Below, in pieces: positions 40,715-53,622 of a stretch of 64,000 bases of DNA (its first letter is position 1; the number at the start of each line of letters is the position of its first letter). The notes under the pieces are model-generated. The model had not been told where the DNA came from. It ran no database searches and saw nothing but the letters and a program-made list of their open reading frames with translations. The translations under genes and the position numbers were made by a program. This DNA comes from Basidiobolus meristosporus CBS 931.73 (Eukaryota > Fungi > Basidiobolomycota), in contig MCFE01000200.1 in NCBI GenBank assembly GCA_002104905.1, positions 70,046-134,045 on the forward strand, in the 5' to 3' direction.

Positions 40715-42304
40715 ATGGTTTTCACCCTCAATAGTACCTCCGGAATTGATATCAACAAGCCGGTACTCAGGAATCTTCCTGTTTCCAAGTTGTATGAACA
40801 CGCTTTACAATATGAGAAAGGAACCTCTCTCAGTTCAGCTGGCGCCATCATCACTTCCTCTGGCAAGAAGACCGGAAGAAGCCCCAAAGACAAGCGTATT
40901 GTCGAGGAGAAGTCCACCAGTGGTGATATCTGGTGGGGCCCTGTAAACATTCCTTTGGAGGACCGCGTCTTCAGCATCAACCACGAAAGAGCTGTTGACT
41001 ACCTCAACACCCGCGAGCGTCTCTATGTTCTCGATGGATTCGCAGGTTGGGATCCCAAGTACCGCATCAAGGTCAGAGTGATCTGCGCCCGTGCCTACCA
41101 CGCTCTCTTCATGCGCAACATGCTCATCCGTCCCACTGCGGAGGAGCTCGAGAACTTTGGTGAGCCCGACTTCACCATCTTCAACGCTGGCCAGTTCCCT
41201 GCCAACCGTTACACCTCTGGCATGTCCAGCACCACCTCCGTTGCCATCAGCTTCGAGCGCAAGGAGTTCGTCATTCTCGGCACCGAGTACGCTGGTGAGA
41301 TGAAGAAGGGAGTGTTCACCATCATGCACTACCTCATGCCCAAGGCTGGAGTTCTCTCCCTTCACTCCAGCGCCAACGAAGGGCCTGATGGCGATGTGTC
41401 CTTGTTCTTCGGATTGTCTGGAACCGGCAAGACCACCTTGTCTGCTGATCCCAGCCGCTTCTTGATTGGTGATGATGAGCACTGCTGGACCGACAACGGG
41501 GTGTTCAACATCGAGGGTGGTTGCTATGCCAAGTGCATTGATCTCTCGGCTGAGAAGGAGCCCGAGATCTTCAATGCCATCCGCTTCGGCTCAGTGTTGG
41601 AGAACGTGGTGTTCGATGAGCACACCAGAGTTGTCGACTACACCGACTCATCTTTGACCGAGAACACCCGTTGTGCCTATCCCATTGAGTACATTCCCAA
41701 CGCCAAGATCCCATGCGTCGGTGGTCACCCCAAGAACATTGTCCTGCTGACCTGTGATGCATTCGGAGTGTTGCCCCCAGTGGCCAAGCTCACCTCTGCC
41801 CAAGCCATGTACCACTTCATCTCTGGATACACTGCCAAGATTGCCGGTACCGAGGAGGGAGTCACCGAGCCCCAAGCCACCTTCTCCGCCTGCTTCGGCC
41901 AGCCCTTCCTTGTCTGGCATCCAGTCAAGTATGCCTCCATGCTTGCCGAGAAGATGAAGGAGCACAACACCAACGTGTGGTTGGTGAACACCGGATGGAA
42001 CGGTGGTGCCTATGGTGTTGGCTCACGCATCTCCCTCAAGTACTCACGTGCCATCATTGATGCCATCCACAATGGAGAGCTTGCCCAAGCCGAGTTCGAG
42101 AACTACCCCATCTTCAACATTGAGATTCCCAAGAGCGTCAGCAATGTTCCTAGTGAGGTCCTGAACCCCTCTGCTGCCTGGAAGGGCACTAAGGAGTCCT
42201 ACGATGCTACTGTTGAGAAGTTGGCTAGCCTGTTCAATGAGAACTTCGAGTTGTATGCTGATCAAGCTACCGCCGAGATCGCCGCTGCTGGACCTAAAAT
42301 TTGA
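40715..42304 (+). CDS. PCK1: PEP carboxykinase (ATP), copy 5
   Basis: Same signatures; ATG at 40715 gives 1590 nt; C-terminus ...GPKI. Confidence 0.98.
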   Translation: MVFTLNSTSGIDINKPVLRNLPVSKLYEHALQYEKGTSLSSAGAIITSSGKKTGRSPKDKRIVEEKSTSGDIWWGPVNIPLEDRVFSINHERAVDYLNTRERLYVLDGFAGWDPKYRIKVRVICARAYHALFMRNMLIRPTAEELENFGEPDFTIFNAGQFPANRYTSGMSSTTSVAISFERKEFVILGTEYAGEMKKGVFTIMHYLMPKAGVLSLHSSANEGPDGDVSLFFGLSGTGKTTLSADPSRFLIGDDEHCWTDNGVFNIEGGCYAKCIDLSAEKEPEIFNAIRFGSVLENVVFDEHTRVVDYTDSSLTENTRCAYPIEYIPNAKIPCVGGHPKNIVLLTCDAFGVLPPVAKLTSAQAMYHFISGYTAKIAGTEEGVTEPQATFSACFGQPFLVWHPVKYASMLAEKMKEHNTNVWLVNTGWNGGAYGVGSRISLKYSRAIIDAIHNGELAQAEFENYPIFNIEIPKSVSNVPSEVLNPSAAWKGTKESYDATVEKLASLFNENFELYADQATAEIAAAGPKI

Positions 42305-42581
42305 ATCATTAGCAACATCTAATTTGTAAATTACTGCATCATATACATCAACAATAAACCCGATTTACTCGAATCTACTCGAATCCTGAGAAATCTATCA
42401 TTGCCGATTCAAACGAATCTTCGAATTGCTTAAGTAAATCTGATTCAATGTTGTCTCCTGTGATATGGTAAATGCGATTTAACTTGGTTCCGGGTGTAGT
42501 GCGTGGATAAGACCAAGGATAACATGGGACCATGAATGTTCGTTGAAGGTTGCAAATAAGAAAATCGCTTTATTAAGGAAT

Positions 42582-43349
42582 TTATTTGTCGGCAATCTTC
42601 TTGGTACCGCGGAGAAGACCGGTACGACGGGCAGCAATAAGACCGACCTTTTGACCAGCAGAGGAGTCGCGGGCAACGGTAGAAGCATGACCGATGTGTT
42701 GGTGATTACCACCACCGTGAGGATGGTCGACGGGGTTCATGGCAACACCACGAGTCTTAGGCCAGCAGTTACGCTTAACTCTGTATTTGTGGTAAGCACG
42801 ACCAGCCTTAAGCAAGGGCTTGTCAATACGACCACCACCAGCAACGATACCAATGGTGGCACGGCAGGTAGATTGGATGACCTTCTTGGAGCCGGAAGGA
42901 AGCTTGACTCTGGTCTTACCATCATCGTGGTTGTGGGAAATGATGGTGGCGTAGTTACCGGAAGCACGGGCAATGGCACCACGGTCACCAACACTCTCTT
43001 CAATGTTACAGATGATGGTACCCTCAGGCATAGCAGAGAGGGGCAAGACGTTACCAATGGTCAAAGCAGCCTTCTTACCGCAGTAGACGAATTGTCCAGT
43101 GTACATACCCTCAGTGGCGATGAAGGTTTGGGTGTGGGTCTTGTATCTGTAGGGATCACGGAATTGGACCTTGGCGAGGGGAGCACCACGTCCAGGATCG
43201 TGAATGATCTCCTTGACGATACCACGAATGTAACCATTACGTTCAGCAAAATCAAGAGGGCGAAGTTGAGCGGCACCCTTTCTAAGGCGGGTGTGGGACT
43301 TGAAGATACCACCGGGACCCTTTCTCTGAGCACGAATGACGCGACCCAT
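42582..43349 (-). CDS. RPL2: 60S ribosomal protein uL2 (yeast L2, mammalian L8), 255 aa
   Basis: [11 protein letters not shown] start; [19 protein letters not shown] signature. Confidence 0.98.
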   Translation of the reverse strand: MGRVIRAQRKGPGGIFKSHTRLRKGAAQLRPLDFAERNGYIRGIVKEIIHDPGRGAPLAKVQFRDPYRYKTHTQTFIATEGMYTGQFVYCGKKAALTIGNVLPLSAMPEGTIICNIEESVGDRGAIARASGNYATIISHNHDDGKTRVKLPSGSKKVIQSTCRATIGIVAGGGRIDKPLLKAGRAYHKYRVKRNCWPKTRGVAMNPVDHPHGGGNHQHIGHASTVARDSSAGQKVGLIAARRTGLLRGTKKIADK

Positions 43350-43826
43350 TTTATCTATGAACAAGGAGGGGTTCTGGTTAGTGTTTGGCTCTTGGAACAA
43401 TCCCCATGGAATGGATGCATGGCATTGTAGAAAGATGGATGAATTACCTTACAGAGGTCAAATGCGTTAGGTTGGAAGGAAAGAAAGATTGATTCTCTTT
43501 GCGTGGCTACTTATTTGATTCCTGGAAAATTTTACTATGAATTTTCTTGGATCTCCTCACTTATCCCGGGCAAATTTGTGGAATTTCTTTTTTGTCCTGC
43601 TGTTGTCGCTTGGATCTTAATCAAATTTTGTGCATATCGGAAAACACTGTGATTTTACATGATCTCTCGTTATTTACGATAGCGATAATTTTATTTTTGT
43701 GCACGGTTATATTTTATATTTATATTGAGTGGAGATTCGAATTTGATTGAATTATTTCGAACAAAATTTATTGATTGAAAGTGTAGATGCAGATGATGAA
43801 TATGAATTAGCTACTTCGTTATTAAT

Positions 43827-45415
43827 TTACAATTGAGGTCCAGCAGCAATAATCTCTGGTGTAGCTTGATCAGCGTACAACTTGAAGTTGTCGTTGAACA
43901 GACCAGCCAACTTCTCGACTGTGGCAACGTAGGACTCCTTGGTACCCTTCCAGGCAGCAGAGGGGTTCAGCACCTCACTGGGAACATTGCTGACACTCTT
44001 GGGAATCTCAATGTTGAAGATGGGGTAGTTCTCGAACTCGGCTTGGGCAAGCTCTCCATTGTGGATGGCATCAATGATGGCACGTGAGTACTTGAGGGAG
44101 ATGCGTGAGCCAACACCATACGCACCACCGTTCCATCCGGTGTTCACCAACCACACGTTGGTGTTGTGCTCCTTCATCTTCTCGGCAAGCATGGAGGCAT
44201 ACTTGACTGGATGCCAGACAAGGAACGGCTGGCCGAAGCAGGCGGAGAAGGTGGCTTGGGGCTCGGTGACTCCCTCCTCGGTACCGGCAATCTTGGCAGT
44301 GTATCCAGAGATGAAGTGGTACATGGCTTGGGCAGAGGTGAGCTTGGCCACTGGGGGCAACACTCCGAATGCGTCACAGGTCAACAGGACAATGTTCTTG
44401 GGGTGACCACCGACGCATGGGATCTTGGCGTTGGGAATGTACTCAATGGGATAGGCACAACGGGTGTTCTCGGTCAAAGATGAGTCGGTGTAGTCGACAA
44501 CTCTGGTGTGCTCATCGAACACCACGTTCTCCAACACTGAGCCGAAGCGGATGGCATTGAAGATCTCGGGCTCCTTCTCAGCCGAGAGATCAATGCACTT
44601 GGCATAGCAACCACCCTCGATGTTGAACACTCCGTTGTCGGTCCAGCAGTGCTCATCATCACCAATCAAGAAGCGGCTGGGATCAGCAGACAAGGTGGTC
44701 TTGCCGGTTCCAGACAATCCGAAGAACAAGGACACATCGCCATCAGGCCCTTCGTTGGCGCTGGAGTGAAGGGAGAGAACTCCAGCCTTGGGCATGAGGT
44801 AGTGCATGATGGTGAACACTCCCTTCTTCATTTCACCAGCGTACTCGGTGCCGAGAATGACGAACTCCTTGCGCTCGAAGCTGATGGCAACGGAGGTGGT
44901 GCTGGACATGCCAGAGGTGTAACGGTTGGCAGGGAACTGACCAGCATTGAAGATGGTGAAGTCGGGCTCACCAAAGTTCTCGAGCTCCTCCGCAGTGGGA
45001 CGGATGAGCATGTTGCGCATGAAGAGAGCGTGGTAGGCACGGGCGCAGATCACTCTGACCTTGATGCGGTACTTGGGATCCCAACCAGCGAATCCATCGA
45101 GAACATAGAGACGCTCGCGGGTGTTGAGGTAGTCGACCGCTCTTTCGTGGTTGATGCTGAAGACGCGGTCCTCCATAGGAATGTTCACAGGGCCCCACCA
45201 GATATCACCACTGGTGGACTTCTCCTCGACAATACGCTTGTCTTTGGGCTTCTTCCGGTCTTCTTGCCAGAGGAAGTGATGATGGCACCAGCTGAACTGA
45301 GGTAGGTACCCTTTTCGTACTGCAAAGCATGCTCATATAACTTTGCTACAGACAGATTGCGAAGAACAGGCTTATTGGTATCAATACCAGATTCGGAGTT
45401 GAGAGTGAAGGCCAT
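43827..45415 (-). pseudogene. PCK1: PEP carboxykinase (ATP), copy 6, with a 1-bp deletion (true pseudogene or sequencing error)
   Basis: 1589 nt instead of 1590; a C4 run (AGCCCCAAAGAC in copy 5) is C3 at 45246-45248; otherwise intact. Confidence 0.9.
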
Positions 45416-46516
45416 ATTGGTACTAATATGGATGTTTGAAACTGATTGTTGCTCGTTCCATGTACCAGTGCTGTCTTTTATATTGTTTGCTCAAGATGCT
45501 GTTCCTGTTAATGAATCCATTGCTTCACGGCGTGCTTCTAAACATCTTCCTATTATGATAGACCAATAGAACTCCCTTACAGCTGTGTACTGAAACCAAT
45601 ATGCCGACATATCCCGTTGTACAAATAAATCGACGAATTTGTTTATTTCGAGAATCACTCCGAAACTACCCGTGGGTTGTGAACAACCAATTTGAAGAGT
45701 CATCGAATCATCGCCTTATTGAGCAGCTTTTGAATCTTAATGCCCATTGTTTCATGGGCTTAAATTAAATGGGGTACCTGTCATCATCGTAGAACACAAA
45801 CACATCTACTCGGTTGAAATCAACTTGTGGGATCTGATTTCTAATTATAGCAGCATGATTCACATAACTTGTTTTAAGTAAGAATCCGTAACCTTTTCAT
45901 TTTGGGTCAGGGATTACCAAGGTAGAAAGAAGGTTTCAATTCGGAGATACAATTTCTATCCCATTTTGAAGTTCCTACTTATTAATCTATTATTTGGCAG
46001 ATGTCGGAATTTCAATTCACAAGCTATCGAAGCTGAGGATCTCAAAGCTGACATTAGTGCTAAGGTAGTTTCTTATGCGTTTGGTAGATCACCCATACGA
46101 TTTGACACATGCCAATTGTGGGTGCTTATCATTAAGACCGCTAGCAAGCATAATGGGCTTGGGTATGAGATTGGATGAGAAACATTTATTTGAGAGCCAT
46201 AAATGGCATTTGTTTCAAAATCTGCTTAGTAATACCTAGTAAACAACTTTTCGGTTTCTCCGGTTGGCATTGTCCGTAATAGTGGACTTTACGCACAATA
46301 GGGCTGGCGTGCAGCTATAGCTAATTTTGAAAAAGTTTTAATGTGCTTGGTGACCGTATTTATATCTCAATATTGTTTATTTTTAACAGGGTAGTGATAC
46401 AACAAATACTAATCCGAAGACAACGGAATCAAGAACCGAATAAAATGAAATATTCATGCGACCTACTGTTAGATAGTATTTGTAAGAGGGGAGTTTTCAT
46501 GCTTAGCTATGACTTT

Positions 46517-48106
46517 CTATACACGAGGGCCAGCTGCTACGATTTCAGGAGTGGCTTTGTCGGCATAGAGTTTGAAGTTATCGTTGAACAGACCAGCCAA
46601 CTTCTCGACTGTGGCAACGTAGGACTCCTTGGTACCCTTCCAGGCAGCAGAGGGGTTCAGCACCTCACTGGGAACATTGCTGACGCTCTTGGGAATCTCA
46701 ATGTTGAAGATGGGGTAGTTCTCGAACTCGGCTTGGGCAAGCTCTCCATTGTGGATGGCATCAATGATGGCACGTGAGTACTTGAGGGAGATGCGTGAGC
46801 CAACACCATAGGCACCACCGTTCCATCCGGTGTTCACCAACCACACGTTGGTGTTGTGCTCCTTCATCTTCTCGGCAAGCATGGAGGCATACTTGACTGG
46901 ATGCCAGACAAGGAACGGCTGGCCGAAGCAGGCGGAGAAGGTGGCTTGGGGCTCGGTGACTCCCTCCTCGGTACCGGCAATCTTGGCAGTGTATCCAGAG
47001 ATGAAGTGGTACATGGCTTGGGCAGAGGTGAGCTTGGCCACTGGGGGCAACACTCCGAATGCGTCACAGGTCAACAGGACAATGTTCTTGGGGTGACCAC
47101 CGACGCATGGGATCTTGGCGTTGGGAATGTACTCAATGGGATAGGCACAACGGGTGTTCTCGGTCAAAGATGAGTCGGTGTAGTCGACAACTCTGGTGTG
47201 CTCATCGAACACCACGTTCTCCAACACTGAGCCGAAGCGGATGGCATTGAAGATCTCGGGCTCCTTCTCAGCCGAGAGATCAATGCACTTGGCATAGCAA
47301 CCACCCTCGATGTTGAACACTCCGTTGTCGGTCCAGCAGTGCTCATCATCACCAATCAAGAAGCGGCTGGGATCAGCAGACAGGGTGGTCTTGCCGGTTC
47401 CAGACAACCCGAAGAACAAGGACACATCGCCATCAGGCCCTTCGTTGGCACTGGAGTGAAGAGAGAGAACTCCAGCCTTGGGCATGAGGTAGTGCATGAT
47501 GGTGAACACTCCCTTCTTCATCTCACCAGCGTACTCGGTGCCGAGAATGACGAACTCCTTGCGCTCGAAGCTGATGGCAACGGAGGTGGTGCTGGACATG
47601 CCTGAGGTGTAACGGTTGGCAGGGAACTGGCCAGCGTTGAAGATGGTGAAGTCGGGCTCACCAAAGTTCTCGAGCTCCTCCGCAGTGGGACGGATGAGCA
47701 TGTTGCGCATGAAGAGCGCGTGGTAGGCACGGGCGCAGATCACTCTGACCTTGATGCGGTACTTGGGATCCCAACCAGCGAATCCATCGAGAACATAGAG
47801 ACGCTCACGGGTGTTGAGGTAGTCAACAGCTCTTTCGTGGTTGATGCTGAAGACGCGGTCCTCCAAAGGAATGTTCACAGGGCCCCACCAGATATCACCA
47901 CTGGTGGACTTCTCCTCGACAATGCGCTTATCGCTTGGGCTTCTTCCGGTCTTCTTGCCAGAGGAAGTGATGATGGCGCCAGCTGAGCTGAGATAGGTTC
48001 CTTTTTCGTAGTTCAAAGCATTCTCGTACAGTTTTGCCACTGAAAGATTGCGAAGAACAGGCTTATTGGTATCGATGCCGTATGATTCGTTTAGTTTGAA
48101 AGCCAT
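46517..48106 (-). CDS. PCK1: PEP carboxykinase (ATP), copy 7
   Basis: Same signatures; 1590 nt; termini [10 protein letters not shown] and ...GPRV. Confidence 0.98.
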   Translation of the reverse strand: MAFKLNESYGIDTNKPVLRNLSVAKLYENALNYEKGTYLSSAGAIITSSGKKTGRSPSDKRIVEEKSTSGDIWWGPVNIPLEDRVFSINHERAVDYLNTRERLYVLDGFAGWDPKYRIKVRVICARAYHALFMRNMLIRPTAEELENFGEPDFTIFNAGQFPANRYTSGMSSTTSVAISFERKEFVILGTEYAGEMKKGVFTIMHYLMPKAGVLSLHSSANEGPDGDVSLFFGLSGTGKTTLSADPSRFLIGDDEHCWTDNGVFNIEGGCYAKCIDLSAEKEPEIFNAIRFGSVLENVVFDEHTRVVDYTDSSLTENTRCAYPIEYIPNAKIPCVGGHPKNIVLLTCDAFGVLPPVAKLTSAQAMYHFISGYTAKIAGTEEGVTEPQATFSACFGQPFLVWHPVKYASMLAEKMKEHNTNVWLVNTGWNGGAYGVGSRISLKYSRAIIDAIHNGELAQAEFENYPIFNIEIPKSVSNVPSEVLNPSAAWKGTKESYVATVEKLAGLFNDNFKLYADKATPEIVAAGPRV

Positions 48107-49497
48107 TGTAATAAAGCTGTAGCTGATGCTTAACAGTCATCATGGAGCAGTTCTTTTATAGCTTGTACGGACATTTACTCAGGGTACCCGGTATACTCCG
48201 ACACTTGATATATTCATCTACCATTTATAATGGTGTAACTCTGGCCAAGCAGCAATGCCTATTGCAGTATAGTCGAAATGTTCTTGCACTTCGTGGTAAG
48301 AAACCAAATATAAATGCACCCACATCATGCTAATAGCCCTCTATAGTTATGTTTTGATATTCCGCACATGGGAGTGAATTGGTACCGTTTCAGAATCCAT
48401 CCCAATGTAGAATCAGGCTAGATACGAATCACTCTTTTTAAATTCCCGGTTTCAGGGTGGAGTTGACAGAAGGCATTGGAAGGGAAGAATTCACACACAG
48501 AAGTCTAAGTGCGAGAAGATATCCGGATTGTTGATCAATGATCATCTACATCAATGGATAGCGCCGGTGGGACCAATTAGGTCACCCTACATCGGGGTGG
48601 GCACCTCAAGCACCTCTACTAGTGCCACTTGAAACCTACGCTTGAGTAGGAATGGATGAAACCACCTTCCTTTTCGGTAGAAGACACCGGTTTCTATTTA
48701 TTATAGTTTACAGTGAGTAAGCCGGTGGGGATTGAGGAGAATATGTAGCGTCTGGCGATTCCTTCGCAGTTAGGGTTGAAACGGAGCCCATAAATGGAAA
48801 TCAGGAATAGAGTTACCTTGGCCATTTCACTATTAAACCTAAGCTTCTGGACGCAGCTCACTAGCCTGAAACCTATGGATTCTATTTTAAGCTACCTCGT
48901 GAGTAATTATTCGTCTGGCGAGGTATCCCCAAGAAAAATCGCTAGATTGGGGTCAGTAAAAGCAGTACCATGTGTGATGTGATTTAAGCATCATAGCATT
49001 CTCGTCTGGTTGCGTCTGGCTAAATCATTTCGTCTTAGTATTTCATATTGCCCTGTTGAGACGCCGAATACTGATTTTCAAGTAGAGTTGTGGTGTGTCA
49101 ATGATAATGTTGCCACCGATTTATAGTGAAATCCTCGAGATTGTATTTAGAAACAAATATCAGAATTAGACTAGCAATATCTAATGTCACTTCGAGTGTT
49201 ATCAACTCATTCCTTAGCAATAATCTAAGTAGAATCTTTGATTGTATGAATGGGTTGTGTGTAAACTGAATAGTTACAGCAGCTATAAGCATATCGCAGC
49301 CATTACCTGGTCCTCAAAGGTAAAGCCTTTGTCTCCACATTAATATCCCCTGAATAATGTCCATGTAATGATGGTTGATATAATCATCCTGGTTATGGTA
49401 GTATAAGCTAGGCAGTCTTTCTTTAGACTAACAGTAACATTTACCAGAGCAAAATAGACTGTTAGAGACAGCAATTTTGAAGTTCGTAGCTTGTTAC

Positions 49498-52400
49498 TGT
49501 TGTAAGAGTCTTGGAGATATTGCAAGTGATTTGGGAGGACAAGTAGATTATGTGGTTTTCACTTAATGATTTATTGAATGTAAAAGTAGTATTTATACTT
49601 TTACATGGTCTTGGCGCAAAAACCACATAGAATAGATTTAGGAAGGTCCCAAGAACATGTGTGTCAAGTTTGGGGCTGTTTGAACAACTTTGAGATTTTT
49701 CATGTTCTGGGTACCTGATATCTTGATGAAAATATTCCAAGTAAGTCCCAATAAGGATTTTGGTCTGTATTCTCTAAGACTTGGAGGTAGTGATCTAAAT
49801 GACTAAGTTAGGTCAATATTTAGGTGGAATTCCAAATTTTTACAGCAATCAGTGTATCTTAAGCAGATATCAGCAGTTCCTTTTAGGTATCTAAAAATCT
49901 GCTTTACTGCTGCAATATGATCAGATCCATAGTTCTGATTAGGCTGGCTGACAACTACACTGAATATGAGATATCTGGACAAGTTACAAGCATGATATAC
50001 ATCAGACTGCCAACCATAGATTGATAAGGAAACTTGGGGCTTTTAGATGGCACCAAGCTGTCTTGATCTGGTTGAGTTTTGACCAAGTCAAGGTCTGTCT
50101 CCATTAGGCTAGCTGCCAGTTTATAGTCTTCCATTTGGTACTTCTTTAGTGTATCTGGAGTATACCTGCAATAGTCTGGGTACTTCTGTCTATGAAGAAC
50201 TTTACCCTTAAGTAGTAACTGAATTCTCCTAGATTGGACATCTTGAACACTTTAGAAAGGCTGGAATTAGTCTCTTCCAATGTTGCTAGGTTATTGGCAG
50301 CTATAATAAGATCATCCACATATAGAATTAATAGAATTGGATTTGCTCTATCTGGCTTATAGTGTATACTTTAGTCAGCATTATTTCTTTTAAAACTCAA
50401 AGATTCCAAATAAGAATTCATTTTGCAATTTCAGGCTCTTGGTCACTGTTAGAGTCCATATAGAGATTTTTTAAGCTTGCAGACCAAATGGGGATTATCT
50501 TGGTTAATAGACCCATCAGACTGGTCCATATATATATCCTCATCAAGTTCACTCAAAATGCAGCTTTTACATCCAATTGGTGTATAGAAAACTTATATTT
50601 GGCTGCAATAGCTAATATCAATCTGATGGAATTAAACTTGGCTACTGGTGCAAAGGTCTCAGTATAGTCAAGCCCTTTTGTTTGAAAGTATTCTTTGGCC
50701 ACAAGTCTTGCTGTGTATCCTTCAATTGCACCATCAGCCTTATACTTTGTCTTAAAGACCCATCAGCATCCAATTGATTTTTGGTTGGTTGGTAACCTTG
50801 CTTAGTCCAAAATTTGATTTTCCATTAGGGCCTGATATTTGTCAGTTATTGCAGATCTCCAAAACTTTGTCTGAGGGCTATTGAGGGCCTCTTTTACAGT
50901 CTGGGGCTCATCAATATGGACTCAATAGGCATAGGCTAGGTTTGTACCCTCATTGATATAGTAATTTGGGCTATTTCTGGTCTGGTTGGATCTTCTGGCA
51001 TTTGACACTGGAATGATCACCTCTGGTATATTCCTGGGCACTGATTCAGGCTGAGCTACGGTTGCAGAGTCTATTGGAGTGAAAAAATATCATTGTTTTG
51101 CTCTGATTCAATCCCAACAATTGGTGGACTTGAGATCAGATTTTTGTCATCATCTGATGTCATTTTTTGTGAAAATTTTGAGTTTTCATCACACAACAAA
51201 TTGCTGGACTTGATCAGCTTCTTTGCTTTGCTATTGTAGAGTTTATACGCTTTACTCTCATTGCAGTAGCCCAAAAATATGCATTTTACACTTTTTGACT
51301 AAATTTTGACCAATTTCCATACAGTTTCTTGGCATATGTTGTACACCCAAATATTGTTAGATGTTCTGCACTTGGTCTGCATCCATAACATGCTTCAAAT
51401 GGAGTAGAATCACATAGTATTCTGTTATAACTCCTATTTTTAAGGTATACAGTGGTAGCAACTGATTCCACCCAAAAATCATAGGATATTTTTTGATCAT
51501 GGATCATAGATCTTGCCATGTCAATTATTGATCTGTTTGCACATTCTGCTACTCCATTTTGCTGTGGGGAGTATGGTACAGTAGTCTCTTGCTTGATCCC
51601 ATAAATTTGCAAAAGTGGCTGAAGAGTTTTGAGGTATAGTCTCCACCATTGACAGATCATATTTTCTTGATTTTTCTCCAGTTTCCCTCTCCACCATGAC
51701 TTTAAGCTCCCTGGATTTAGACAGAGCTTGTTCCTTTCTCTTCATGAAGCAGACCAACATAACATCATCCTGCCTAAGGATAAATTTTGTATATGTCCAC
51801 ACAGATATGAGTGAAATAGATCTAATTTTTTCTTAGTCTTGATTGACCCAGAGCTCATGAATAGCTGTTAGGCTTGTTTATCATATATGCAGGCTTCACA
51901 GTGCTCCATATTAGCTGGGGGAGCAACTTCTACTCCAGAAATCAGCTGATCTTTGATCAATTTGCTCAAATAATCCAAATTGATGTGTCCAAATCTCCTG
52001 TGCCAAAGCATTGATGTTTTTTCATTCAAGTTACTTATATTGGCTTCCAGATATGATGGAATATGAGTTAACTTGTACAGATTCTTATCTCTGATACCCA
52101 AAGCAATAGGAGCACCATTTTTTTCAGTGATGCTGCATCCAGAATTGTCAAAGCTGAAACTGAGTCCTTCTGCTGTGGCCTTGCTTAAAGATAGTAGGTT
52201 CTGAGCTATTTCTGATACATAGAGTACTTCTTCAAAGGTCAGTGTATGGCTTCCTTCACTGCTTCTAAGGCTTACTTCGATAATTCCTTCCCCCACTGCA
52301 TCAAGTGTTCTATTGTCACCCATGAAAACCTTCTTAATTGGAGTTTCTTGATATTGAGTAAGAAGTTCTTTTTGGTGTGTAAAGTGTTGAGATGCTCCAG

Positions 52401-53622
52401 AGTCAATATACTACATCTGAGAGTCCTTGTTTGTGGTCATATTTAGTGCAGTTATGAATAGTTGATTTTCAGTTGTTGCAGCATTTCCATATTCAGCCTT
52501 TTTCTGCTGACCATCTCTCTTATTAAGACACCAGTCTGATGTGTGTCCTTTCCTTTGGCAGTAGTGGCAAAGCAGGTTTCTATTGCCTTTGAAAGGTCTT
52601 GGGTATCTCCTTTGTTGGTTATCATTGCTTATTAAAGTATTTTTTACTTTCTTCTTATTGGCACTTGATTTTCTTAATTCTTCATCCAGGAACCTTCCAT
52701 ATACATAATTTAAGGTCAAATCTTCAGTTCTGGACTCTAGGGCTGATACAAGGCCCTGAGACTTGTCTGTCAGGCTATTCAGGATGGTTACTATCACATC
52801 CTCATCAGTAGTTGGTGTGCACACAGATTCCATCTCATCCACCTGCAGGGTAATTCTGTTAATTAGATTTTCATTTCTTCTCCAGGCAGCATCTTTGTAG
52901 TAAAGAATTTCTGTCTAAGATACTTTTTCTTGGCCACTGAACATGACAGGTAGGTGTCTTCTAATGTCTTCCAGGCATTCTTTGCCATTTTTGCTCTTGA
53001 GCTTTGAATTGGCAATTTGTCCTTAACATTAAGGCAAATGCAGTTAAAGGCACTTTGTTCTTTCTTCTGGTACTTTAAGGATTCCCCTGCCACACTTTTA
53101 GGAGGACATTCTTCTCCCATGATAGTATCCCAAAGGCCTCTTTCTTGTAGCAGCATCTTCATCTTCACCTTCCATAGTTGGTAGTTAGATCCATTGAACT
53201 TTTCAGCAGAGGGAAAAAATTCAGGTAATAGCAGTAATAGACATTGCAGAGAGTGACAACTTGGGGCTCATCACCTGCTGTAAGAGCCTTGGGGATATTG
53301 GAAGTGATTGGGAGAACAAGTGAACTATGTGGTTTTCACTTAATGATTTATTGAATGCAAAGTAGTATTTATACTTTTGCATGGTCTTGGCATAAGAAAC
53401 ACATAGAGTAGGTTTAGGAAGGTCCCAAGAACATGTGTACAAAGTGTGGGGCTATTTGGACAACTTACCAAATTTTCATGCTTTGGGTACCTGATATCTT
53501 GGTTAAATATTCAAGGTAAATCCCATGAAGGAATTTGGTCAGTATCCTCTAGGATTTGAAGGTAACGATCTAGATGACTAAATTAGGCAAATATTTAGGT
53601 TGAATTTTAAACTTTTACAACA
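49498..53622 (-). mobile_element. Degenerate Ty1/copia retrotransposon, same family
   Basis: LTRs 49498-49847 and 53276-53622; 5-bp TSD GTTAC on both sides; fragmented gag-pol; RNaseH end deleted. Confidence 0.92.

Noticed and set aside
31313-43400. Longer upstream starts in the ORF track for PEPCK copies 1, 3, 4 and 5 and for RPL2
   Set aside because: Aligned ATGs give an identical 1590-nt length in all intact PEPCK copies, and the RPL2 extension lies in a probable intron.
31202-47986. Long antisense and alternative-frame ORFs over each PEPCK copy (e.g. 31202-32125, 33589-34305) and over RPL2 (42543-43430)
   Set aside because: These are shadow ORFs expected from strong codon bias in highly expressed genes. 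They vary in length among near-identical copies and have no recognisable domain.
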